Below the pieces are notes generated by a model. That model was given only the letters and a program-made list of their open reading frames with translations. It was not told the origin of the DNA and searched no databases. Below are positions 21,007 through 30,338 of a stretch of 32,000 nt of DNA, piece after piece. The stretch is from contig NZ_LN831024.1 in NCBI RefSeq assembly GCF_001457615.1, forward strand, positions 5,940,001 through 5,972,000. Reading direction: 5' to 3'. Source of the stretch: Pseudomonas aeruginosa. Its GTDB lineage: Bacteria > Pseudomonadota > Gammaproteobacteria > Pseudomonadales > Pseudomonadaceae. How positions within the stretch are numbered: position 1 is the stretch's first letter; each line of letters begins with the position of its first letter. The position numbers and the translations under genes were made by a program.

Positions 21007-21110
21007 GGCGAAGACGAAGTGAGAATGGAAGAGATTAAATTGTCCCTTCGCCTTCCCGCCCATGCAAGAAATACTCTGTAACAATCACGCCCATCAGCGT
21101 GTCGGGCGGC

Positions 21111-21740
21111 TCAGAGCGGCGCTCGGCGTACCGTCGCCAGCAGCCCCGCGGCACCGACGAACAGGCTGGCGAAGGTACGGTTCACCAGCTTCTGCTGGCG
21201 CGGCGAACGCAGTACGCGTAGCACGCGCGCAGCCAGCCCGGTGTAGCCGGCCATGACGATCAGGTCGACGACGATCATGGTGCCGCCCATGATCAGGTAT
21301 TGCGCCAGCAGCGGCTGGTGCGGGTCGATGAACTGCGGCAGCACCGCGAGCATGAAGATCACCGCCTTGGGATTGCTGGCGTTGACCAGGAAACCACGCA
21401 GCACCAGGGTCAACGGTCGCCCCAGAGGCCGTTCGCCATCGGTGCTCAAGGCCTGTGGCGGCGCCTGCCACTGGCGCACCGCCAGGTACACCAGGTAGGC
21501 CACGCCGAACCACTTGATCAGGCTGAAAGCCAGTGCCGAGGTCGCCAGCAACGCACCGACGCCGGCGGCGACGATGGCGATCTGCAGGGCCAGGCCGATC
21601 TGCAGGCCCAGCGCGTTCCAGTAGCCTCGCGCAAAGCCGTACTGCAACCCGCAGGACATCGAGGCGATGGCTCCGGCGCCCGGCGACAGGCTGATGGCCC
21701 AGCAGGCGAGGAAGAAGGCGAACCAGGTACTGACGAGCAT
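21111..21740 (-). CDS. LysE/RhtB-family amino-acid exporter
   Basis: The real start is the ATG at 21740 (MLVSTWFAFFLACWAISLSPGAGAI...), giving 209 aa. It has a typical LysE-family N-terminus and six hydrophobic segments. The 60 extra N-terminal codons in the track ORF look non-coding. Confidence 0.85.
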   Translation of the reverse strand: MLVSTWFAFFLACWAISLSPGAGAIASMSCGLQYGFARGYWNALGLQIGLALQIAIVAAGVGALLATSALAFSLIKWFGVAYLVYLAVRQWQAPPQALSTDGERPLGRPLTLVLRGFLVNASNPKAVIFMLAVLPQFIDPHQPLLAQYLIMGGTMIVVDLIVMAGYTGLAARVLRVLRSPRQQKLVNRTFASLFVGAAGLLATVRRAPL

Positions 21741-21870
21741 TGCACACCTCGGAAAGCGAACGCGGCTGGCGGCGGGAACGAAAAAGCCAGTGTGCACCAA
21801 GGCGGAGCAGCCGCACAGGTTTTCCGACCACGCGCCTCGCCCAACCTTTGCGGGCGCAACCTGGCGGACA

Positions 21871-21897
21871 GAAAAAACCCGGCAGATGCCGGGCTTT
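21871..21897 (-). terminator. Rho-independent terminator downstream of the TerC-family gene
   Basis: On the minus strand, GCCCGGCA-TC-TGCCGGGT is followed by TTTTTTC. Confidence 0.8.
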
Positions 21898-21969
21898 CCC
21901 GAGGATACGCGCTCAGCCATGTTGGGCGGACCACCGCGATGCGGCTATTCGCCCTGGCCCCGAACGCTC

Positions 21970-22728
21970 TCAGTCCGGCGAACCCTTGCGCAGCTTCACC
22001 GGCTCTTCGCCGCGCTTGCGCGCCAGGGCCCCGCGCAAGCGGATGTTCAGCGCCTCCACCGCCAGGGAGAAGGCCATGGCGAAGTAGACGTAGCCTTTCG
22101 GCACGTGCACTTCGAAGGACTCGGCCACCAGCACGGTGCCGACCACGATGAGGAACGACAGGGCGAGCATCTTCAGCGAGGGGTGTTTCTCGATGAAGTC
22201 GCTGATGGTGCCTGCCGCCAGCATCATCACGCCGACCGAGATGACGATCGCCGCGACCATCACCGGCACGTTCTGCACCAGACCGACGGCGGTGATCACC
22301 GAGTCCAGGGAGAAGATGATGTCGATGATCGCGATCTGGACGATGATGCCCATGAAGCCGTGGACCTTGCCGCCGCTCTTCTGCTCTTCTTCCGCGCCTT
22401 CCAGGCTGTGGTAGATCTCCATGGTGCTCTTGAACAGCAGGAACAGGCCGCCGAAGAAGAGGATCAGGTCACGCCCGGAGATGCCCTGGCCGAACAGGTG
22501 GAACAGGTCGGTGGTCAGGCGCATGACCCAGGTGATCGAGAGCAACAGCAGGATCCGCGTGCCCATGGCCAGGGCCAGGCCGAAGAAGCGCGCCTTCGGT
22601 TGCTGGGCCGGCGGCAGGCGCCCGACCAGGATCGAGATGAAGATGATGTTGTCGATGCCGAGGACGATTTCCAGGGCGGTCAGGGTCAGGAACGCGACCC
22701 AGATTTCAGGACTGGCGAGCCATTCCAT
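21970..22728 (-). CDS. TerC-family integral membrane protein
   Basis: The 252-aa product has the TerC signature N-terminus (WVAFLTLTALEIVLGIDNIIFISI) and a second DN/DS repeat (IIDIIFSLDSVITAVG). Confidence 0.9.
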   Translation of the reverse strand: MEWLASPEIWVAFLTLTALEIVLGIDNIIFISILVGRLPPAQQPKARFFGLALAMGTRILLLLSITWVMRLTTDLFHLFGQGISGRDLILFFGGLFLLFKSTMEIYHSLEGAEEEQKSGGKVHGFMGIIVQIAIIDIIFSLDSVITAVGLVQNVPVMVAAIVISVGVMMLAAGTISDFIEKHPSLKMLALSFLIVVGTVLVAESFEVHVPKGYVYFAMAFSLAVEALNIRLRGALARKRGEEPVKLRKGSPD

Positions 22729-22734
22729 AGATGG

Positions 22735-23312
22735 TTATTTCCCGTTTTTTGTTGGAGTTGAAAAACCTGGCCCACGCCAGCGACGCACGGCTTTCTGGAA
22801 GAACAGGCTGTTGGGAACCTGCAGCAGTGGGCCCGGCGAGCCATCCTCGAGGGTTTCTTCCAGTGTCGTATACAAGAGATTGATGGCAACCACGCGTCCG
22901 GTGACGCCCGGTTTGTCGGCGCTATCGATCAGCTCCACGCGGTCACCGATGCGGAACGGCCCGACGGTGAAGATCAGCAACGCACAGAACAGGTTGGAGA
23001 GCACGCTCCAGATGGCGAAGAAGGCTACCGCCGCCACCGCGGCGAAACCGGTCAGCGCGGTCCACAGCACTTCGGCCGACACGCCCAGGCGCTCCAGCAC
23101 CATGATCAGTGCGCTGACCATGATCAGCCAGCGCAGGCCCCCACGCAGCGGCAGGAGCAGCTCCGGCGGCACCGGATAACGCTCGCCGATACGGGTCACC
23201 GTGCGTCGGACCAGGCGCTGTAGCAGCCAGGCGACCAGCAGGATGAGCAGGATCTGCAGCGCCACCACCAGCGGCCCGCTCCAGGTCTGCGTCAACACCT
23301 GCAAGTCTTCCA

Positions 23313-23313
<1 letters not shown>
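22735..23313 (-). CDS. Small mechanosensitive-channel (MscS)-family protein
   Basis: The 192-aa product (ATG at 23313; GTG at 23316 is possible) has three N-terminal TM segments followed by an MscS-like beta-domain motif (FTVGPFRIGDRVELID...TGRVVAINLLYTTLE). The start overlaps the ABC-F stop by 1 nt (TGATG). Confidence 0.8.
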
Positions 23314-25229
<1,916 letters not shown>

Positions 25230-25274
25230 GGCGGCGGAGTTTATCAGTTTCGCCCTTGCGGAGCGTGAGGCTGT

Positions 25275-25754
25275 ATGACTGGAAATGTCTGGAAATTCGC
25301 GGTGGACGTCTATGCCCGGCCGGGCGTGGAAACGGCTTGCCTCGAGCTTCAGGAGCAAGGTGCGGACGTCTGCCTGTTGCTGGTCGCCGCCTGGCTTGGC
25401 AGGCGCGGTGTGAGCTGCTCGAAAGAACGCGCCCAGATCCTGGAGAACGCCGCGCGTCCCTGGCGCGAAACGGTCATCGAACCCCTGCGCAGATTGCGTT
25501 GCGCCTGGCGCGAAGCGGCAACCCACGACGCCTGCCTGGCCGAACTCCGCGAGGAAATGAAGGCCCAGGAACTACGAGCGGAACGGGAACACCTGCAACG
25601 CCTGGCCGACCTGGCCACAGCCTGGCTGGAGGGCCAGGAAGCGAATCGCAGTGCGGATGCCTGGCTGCAAGCCTGCAGCCGGGACATCTGCACGGAAGCA
25701 GAGCGCCGGGCTTTGCTGGTGCTTGGCTCGGCGGCTTTGCAGACAGCGCCTTAG
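25275..25754 (+). CDS. Conserved hypothetical protein (159 aa; possibly DUF2390/TIGR02444-type, from memory only)
   Basis: This is the only frame here with balanced composition and G/C-rich third positions (MTGNVWKFAVDVYARPGVETACLELQEQGADVCLLLVAAWLG...). The competing frames are Arg/Ser-rich shadows. It lies divergent from the ABC-F gene with a 45-bp gap, and its stop TAG (25752-25754) interlocks with the algP stop TAA (25753-25751). Confidence 0.7.
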   Translation: MTGNVWKFAVDVYARPGVETACLELQEQGADVCLLLVAAWLGRRGVSCSKERAQILENAARPWRETVIEPLRRLRCAWREAATHDACLAELREEMKAQELRAEREHLQRLADLATAWLEGQEANRSADAWLQACSRDICTEAERRALLVLGSAALQTAP

Positions 25755-26860
25755 GAGGCGCTGGTCGGGGCGGCGCCGTTGCTGCCCGCGGCAGGCGTTG
25801 CCGAAGCAGCGCTGGAGGCGGCTGCCGGGGCGCTGGGAGTCGCCGCAGGCTTCGCAGCAGGAGCGGTGGCGGGCTTGGCTGCGACAGGTTTCGCGGCTAC
25901 GGGTTTCGCCGCAGGCTTGGCCGCCGGTTTTGCCGCAGGCTTCGCAGCCGGCTTGGCTGCGGGCTTCGCGGCTGCGGTTTTCGCCGCGGGCTTGGCCGCC
26001 GGTTTCGCCACAGGCTTCGCCGCCGGCTTGGCTGCGGGCTTCGCGGCTGCGGTTTTCGCCGCCGGCTTGGCCGCCGGTTTCGCCACAGGCTTCGCCGCCG
26101 GCTTGGCTGCGGGCTTCGCGGCTGCGGTTTTCGCCGCGGGCTTGGCCGCCGGTTTCGCCACAGGCTTCGCCGCCGGCTTGGCTGCGGGCTTCGCGGCTGC
26201 GGTTTTCGCCGCGGGCTTGGCCGCCGGTTTCGCAGCAGGCTTCGCCACCGGCTTGGCTGCGGGCTTCGCGGCTGCGGTTTTCGCCGCGGGCTTGGCCGCC
26301 GGTTTCGCAGCAGGCTTCGCCGCCGGCTTGGCTGCGGGCTTCGCTGCCGCGGTTTTCGCCACAGGCTTGGCCGCCGGCTTGGCCGCAGGCTTCGCCGCTA
26401 CGGTTTTCACCGCAGGCTTGGCTGCCGCCTTCGCAGCAGGTTTGGTCGCGGGTTTCGCCTTGCGGCTCTCCAGAGCCTTGCCAGCAGCTTCCTTCACCTT
26501 GCCGACACCCTGCGCCAGCTTGAGGCTTTCCTGTACGTCACGCTTGAGGCCGACGATGTAGGTACGGGTGTCCGCCTGCCGGGCCTTCAGGGTATCCAAC
26601 GCCTCTTCCAGGTCGCTGATGGTCTCGCGCGCCTTGGCCTGTGCCTTGGTCTTGCCGGCCTTGGCAGCATCCTGCAGCTTGGTGCGAGCCTTGTGCAGTT
26701 TTTCCTGGGCTTTGCCACGTTGCTTTTCAAGTTTGGCCAGGAGCTTTTCCGAATCGACCAGCGCTTGTTTGCACGCACCTTCCAGGTGCTCGACAAGGCT
26801 GTGGGAAAGTTGCTGCAACAGGTGCAAGGGGGTGGTGACGGGCTTCTTGTTGGCCGACAT
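25751..26860 (-). CDS. algP: Histone H1-like alginate regulatory protein AlgP (AlgR3)
   Basis: The real start is the ATG at 26860 (MSANKKPVTTPLHLLQQL...), giving 369 aa. An N-terminal helical domain is followed by a C-terminal half that is almost entirely KPAA/KPVA/KTAAA repeats. GGAGG lies upstream. A possible sigma70-like promoter is TTGGCG (26921-26916), an 18-nt spacer and TAGTAT (26897-26892). Confidence 0.95.
   Translation of the reverse strand: MSANKKPVTTPLHLLQQLSHSLVEHLEGACKQALVDSEKLLAKLEKQRGKAQEKLHKARTKLQDAAKAGKTKAQAKARETISDLEEALDTLKARQADTRTYIVGLKRDVQESLKLAQGVGKVKEAAGKALESRKAKPATKPAAKAAAKPAVKTVAAKPAAKPAAKPVAKTAAAKPAAKPAAKPAAKPAAKPAAKTAAAKPAAKPVAKPAAKPAAKPAAKTAAAKPAAKPAAKPVAKPAAKPAAKTAAAKPAAKPAAKPVAKPAAKPAAKTAAAKPAAKPAAKPVAKPAAKPAAKTAAAKPAAKPAAKPAAKPAAKPAAKPVAAKPVAAKPATAPAAKPAATPSAPAAASSAASATPAAGSNGAAPTSAS
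25847..26461 (-). repeat. In-frame hierarchical tandem repeat inside algP (12-nt KPAA units nested in 75-nt / 25-aa units)
   Basis: GGTTTCGCCA recurs at 26001, 26076 and 26151, a 75-nt period. At protein level there are five consecutive 25-aa units of the form KTAAAKPAAKPAAKPVAKPAAKPAA (aa 169-293, nt 25982-26356), and three of them are identical. They are flanked by degenerate KPAA tetrads. Confidence 0.95.
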
Positions 26861-26985
26861 GACGTGCCTCCAGGCGGACGTGGTTGCGCCCATACTAGAC
26901 CCGCACACCCCCTCTCGCCAACGGGTTCGATGTGCTACAAGCGACGTGCGCCAGGATTGCCCGCCGATTCGTTTGGAGAAACCGC

Positions 26986-27615
26986 ATGCCGCGCCGCCTT
27001 TTCATCGGTCTTTTTCTACTGCCGCTGCCGCTTTTCGCCGCGCCTCCCAAGGACGAACTGGCCTATGCCGTAGGCGCCCGCCTGGGCATGCGCCTACAGC
27101 AGGAAATGCCCGGCCTAGAGCTATCCGAGCTACTTCTCGGACTGCGCCAGGCCTATCGCGGCGAGGCACTTGAAATCCCCCCCGAACGCATCGAACAACT
27201 TCTGCTGCAACACGAGAACGCCACGACGGAAACACCGCGGACCACACCCGCCGAGGCCCGCTTCCTGGCCAACGAAAAAGCCCGCTTCGGCGTCCGCGAA
27301 TTGACCGGCGGCGTCCTCGTCAGCGAATTACGTCGTGGCCAAGGTAACGGCATCGGCGCGGCAACCCAGGTACACGTCCGTTACCGCGGCCTGCTTGCCG
27401 ACGGTCAAGTGTTCGACCAGAGCGAAAGCGCCGAGTGGTTCGCCCTGGACAGTGTGATAGAGGGATGGCGCACAGCGTTGCGAGCGATGCCTGTCGGCGC
27501 GCGCTGGCGAGTGGTGATTCCTTCGGCGCAAGCCTATGGTCACGAAGGCGCTGGCGACCTGATCCCGCCCGACGCTCCGCTGGTCTTCGAGATCGACCTG
27601 CTGGGCTTCCGCTGA
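26986..27615 (+). CDS. Periplasmic FKBP-type peptidyl-prolyl cis-trans isomerase (FkpA/FklB-like)
   Basis: The real start is the ATG at 26986 (MPRRLFIGLFLLPLPLFAAPP, a signal peptide), with GGAGA upstream. The C-terminal FKBP domain reads VHVRYRGLLADGQVFDQSE...VIEGWRTALRAMPVGARWRVVIPSAQAYG...LVFEIDLLGF. Confidence 0.9.
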   Translation: MPRRLFIGLFLLPLPLFAAPPKDELAYAVGARLGMRLQQEMPGLELSELLLGLRQAYRGEALEIPPERIEQLLLQHENATTETPRTTPAEARFLANEKARFGVRELTGGVLVSELRRGQGNGIGAATQVHVRYRGLLADGQVFDQSESAEWFALDSVIEGWRTALRAMPVGARWRVVIPSAQAYGHEGAGDLIPPDAPLVFEIDLLGFR

Positions 27616-27620
27616 AATGC

Positions 27621-27658
27621 AAAAACGGCGCTCTCCCGCATGGAGACGCGCCGTTTCG
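27621..27658. terminator. Bidirectional terminator hairpin between convergent FKBP gene and algQ
   Basis: AAACGGCGCTCTCC (27623-27636) pairs with GGAGACGCGCCGTTT (27642-27656), giving a 13-14 bp stem with one bulge. An A-run lies 5' and a T-run 3', so it can work on both strands. Confidence 0.7.
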
Positions 27659-27676
27659 TAACGACTCGCCGGTGAA

Positions 27677-28159
27677 TCAGACCGGTACTGCCGAACCCTC
27701 TGCGCCGCTCTGGCTGTGGGCGTTGTGCAGGACTTCGATGAGGCAGTCCTCCAGCTCGAAGCGTTCGTGCAACTGTTGCCGCAGGACCTTCAGCTCCGCG
27801 ATGAGGCAGGCTCCTTCACGGCAATCGCCGTTGTCGCAGCGGTCGTTGAAGTTCAGCGCGGATTCGGTGATGGCTTCCAGCCGGGGGAAGATCTGCTTGG
27901 CCAGCTCCAGGCCGCGCTGATCGCCGAAGGCCTTGCCTTCCGCCGTCAGTTGCTCGTAGACCTCGAAGTGTCCGGCAGATACGTAGTCCAGCAGCAATTG
28001 GCAGAAATGCTGGAGTTCTTCGGCGTTGGGCGCCGGTGCCTGAATACCGCTCAGGGCATCGAAGGCCTGCACCAGTTGCTGGCGCTCATGCAGCCAGCGA
28101 TCGATCAGTTGGTGCACGCCCCCCCACCGCTCTTGGGCATTACGGCAGCTTTCGAGCAT
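27677..28159 (-). CDS. algQ: Anti-sigma-70 regulator AlgQ (AlgR2), Rsd family
   Basis: The 160-aa product ([30 protein letters not shown]...[16 protein letters not shown]) has the Rsd/AlgQ family layout and characteristic motifs. Confidence 0.95.
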
Positions 28160-28428
28160 GTTGTCCTCGCTTCCCTCTTCGGACGTCCCGGAGAATCATC
28201 GTCCGCTCCGAGACGCATTGCTGACGCACTCTCTGCGCTCTGTGGGAGAACGCCTGTGCAAGGGGCGGACTCCGGCGCTACGGAAAGCCAGATTATGCCC
28301 CCCGGATGACCCCATCAAGACGCCCGTACAGAAAAATTCATACGGATGTTTGATCGGTATCCCGCATCCGCTCTGGTTTTCGCCAAATCGATACGGCCGA
28401 CGCTCGAGAGCTGACGAAAGACCACGCA

Positions 28429-28920
28429 TCAGGCGCGTCGGAGGAACTGCACGATGGAGAAGCCGAGATAGGCAACGAACGCCAGCAGGCTCCATTCCGG
28501 AATGCTCAGGGTGAATAGCGTCCAGCTCACCTGGGCACAATCCGCGGTGCCATGCAGGACCAGGCGGATCACTTCCTGGAAGGGAAGCGCCTGCATCATG
28601 TAGTCGAGGCTGGGCAGGCAGGCCGGCAGTTGGTCCAGCGGAACGGTCTGCAACCATACCTGGCGGGCGGCCGTGGCCCCGCCGCCGAGAGCGAGCAGGA
28701 ACACCAGCACGGAGTAGATACGCCGCCCACGCAGGCCGGGCCCCTGGATCGCGCCAGCAAGGCAGGTCAGGCCGATCAGGATGAAGAAGATCCGCTGCAC
28801 GACGCACAGCGGGCAGGCCTCCAGGCCAACCACATGTTCCAGGTACAGCGCCCCGCCCATGATGGCGACGCAGGCCAGGAACGCGAGAAGGAAAAGCTGA
28901 CGGGGGCTGGCCAGGGGCAT
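28429..28920 (-). CDS. dsbH: Disulfide bond formation protein B family (DsbB paralog)
   Basis: The 163-aa product has four TM segments. The first periplasmic loop carries CPLC (LEACPLCVVQRIFF) and the second loop a Cys pair (LPACLPS...GTADCAQV). Confidence 0.9.
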   Translation of the reverse strand: MPLASPRQLFLLAFLACVAIMGGALYLEHVVGLEACPLCVVQRIFFILIGLTCLAGAIQGPGLRGRRIYSVLVFLLALGGGATAARQVWLQTVPLDQLPACLPSLDYMMQALPFQEVIRLVLHGTADCAQVSWTLFTLSIPEWSLLAFVAYLGFSIVQFLRRA

Positions 28921-29071
28921 GGCGGATCCACAGGTACACAGGGGAAAGGCCGCCTACGGTAGTGGAAAGCCTCCGGCAGTTTCAAGCCGCAAGGCAGCTC
29001 TGCGGCAAGGCATCCCGAATCATGCCGGGCACCCGCGACAAGCCGCCACAGTCCTGCCGATGGAGCCGAAC

Positions 29072-29095
29072 GGGGAACGCCACCCGGCGTTCCCC
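29072..29095 (-). terminator. Hairpin terminator candidate just after hemY
   Basis: On the minus strand, GGGGAACGCC-GGGT-GGCGTTCCCC forms a perfect 10-bp stem starting 4 nt after the stop. The U-tract is weak (GTTCGG). Confidence 0.55.
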
Positions 29096-29099
29096 ATGC

Positions 29100-30338
29100 T
29101 CAAATGCCCGCCACCACCACGGGCAGCCCCGGAGTACGCCGATCGAGCAGGACCAGGCCCTCCTGGAACAACTGGTTGCTGCGCTCGACCTCGCCGAGCT
29201 GCGCCAGCAGGCGTCCCAGCTCGGCGCAGGTTTCGGCACTGCGCTGGAAGCTCAGGCTGGCCTCCAGGTATTCCCGGGCCTTGCCCCAGAGCTTGTTGAT
29301 CAGGCACAGGCGCCCCAGGGTCAGCAGCAGGCCGGGATCGTTCGGGTGTTCCTTGAGCCAACCTTCCGCGGCCTGCAATTGCTTGCCCGGATCGCGCCCG
29401 CGCACCTGCCCGTAGAGTTGCACCAGGGTCGCGTCGAAGCCTTGCTTGAGCGCATGGCGGAGGACTTCTTCAGCCTCTTCCTCGGCGCCCAGGCGAAGCA
29501 GTTGGGCGGCATAGCCCGCGACGATCGCCGGGTCTGCACGCAGCGCCGAAGGCACGTTCTGCCAGCGCTGGGTCAGCGGCTGCAACGCCGTTTCGCCCTC
29601 GTTCAGTCCACGCTCGCCGGCTTCCTGCAAGGAAGCCACCCAGGCACGGCGTTCGAGGTCGCGCAGTTCGGAATCCTTCAGCACACGCTCCTTGCGCAGC
29701 TCCGGCAGCAGGACGCAAAGGGCCTGCCAGTCGTGCTGGGTGACGTACAGCTGCTGCATCAGCCGCAATACCGTGCGGTGCTGCGGCTGGAGCCCGTGCA
29801 GCTCTTCGAGGGTATTGCGTGCCTGCGGGTAGTCGCCGCGATTGATCAGCAGTTGCGCACGGGTCAGGCCGACCAGCAATTGGGCATCCGGCTCGCGCTC
29901 GCGAGCCCGGTTCAGCAGGTCGTCGGCCTCGTCGTAGCGCTCGAGTTCGTTGGCGGCCCGCGCCGCGCCGAGGTAATGCATCAGCGGCCGCTCGCCCATC
30001 TCCGCAGCCCGCCGCAAATGACGCAGCGCCTGCGGCCAGTTGCCTTCGCCGAGATCGCGCAGGCCGCTGTGCTCGGCCATCTGCACGCGACGCCGGCGGT
30101 TGTAGCGCGACCAGGGGTTGACCACCCGCCCCGAGCTGCCGAGCAGGCGCAGGACCAGGCGCACCAGCACCACCAGCAGCCAGACCACCGCCAGCAGGGC
30201 GAGGAACGACCACAGGCTGGATTCGTAACGGAAGCTCTTGTAGGCGATCAGCACATAGCCGGCCTGCTCGGAGATCGCCAGCCCAACCAGCGTGGCGACC
30301 AGCACCACCGCCAGAACCAGGAGGTAGATGCGTCTCAT
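29100..30338 (-). CDS. hemY: HemY-like membrane-anchored TPR protein
   Basis: The 412-aa product has an N-terminal HemY_N pattern (two TM helices around QAGYVLIAYKSFRYESSLW). C-terminal TPR-like helical repeats follow. Its start overlaps the hemX stop (ATGA). Confidence 0.9.
   Translation of the reverse strand: MRRIYLLVLAVVLVATLVGLAISEQAGYVLIAYKSFRYESSLWSFLALLAVVWLLVVLVRLVLRLLGSSGRVVNPWSRYNRRRRVQMAEHSGLRDLGEGNWPQALRHLRRAAEMGERPLMHYLGAARAANELERYDEADDLLNRAREREPDAQLLVGLTRAQLLINRGDYPQARNTLEELHGLQPQHRTVLRLMQQLYVTQHDWQALCVLLPELRKERVLKDSELRDLERRAWVASLQEAGERGLNEGETALQPLTQRWQNVPSALRADPAIVAGYAAQLLRLGAEEEAEEVLRHALKQGFDATLVQLYGQVRGRDPGKQLQAAEGWLKEHPNDPGLLLTLGRLCLINKLWGKAREYLEASLSFQRSAETCAELGRLLAQLGEVERSNQLFQEGLVLLDRRTPGLPVVVAGI

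Noticed and set aside
21007-21110. A possible Fur box in the relatively AT-rich region upstream of the FTR1-family iron permease (for example GATTGTTACAGAGTATTTC on the minus strand).
   Set aside because: My best manual alignment to the 19-bp Fur consensus GATAATGATAATCATTATC matches only about 9 of 19 positions, which is not better than chance for an AT-rich patch. No iron regulation can be claimed from the sequence.
25847-26461. A regular short repeat array that could superficially suggest a CRISPR or a non-coding minisatellite.
   Set aside because: There are no unique spacers between the repeats. The periods (12 and 75 nt) are multiples of three, and the array lies in frame inside a long ORF encoding a known type of Lys/Pro/Ala-rich basic tail. 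No cas genes are nearby.
25256-27073. A 605-aa + strand ORF (Arg/Gly/Leu/Cys-rich), plus + strand ORFs 25651-26523 (290 aa) and 25779-26561 (260 aa, GLAAGFAA repeats), all overlapping algP.
   Set aside because: They are shadow frames of the algP KPAA repeat. GC-rich 12-nt and 75-nt periodic sequence lacks stop codons in several frames. Their compositions are extreme (RRLG/GFAA repeats) and none has an RBS-supported start. The minus-strand AlgP frame has a recognisable N-terminal domain and an SD.
28160-28428. A possible sRNA or promoter in the 269-bp algQ upstream region (TTGATG...CATAAT on the minus strand, CCGTA-N12-TACGG palindrome).
   Set aside because: The spacing between the hexamers is suboptimal at 15 nt, the palindrome arms are only 5 bp, and no terminator-like structure defines an independent RNA. 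The region is most simply the algQ promoter and leader, which I cannot resolve without TSS data.
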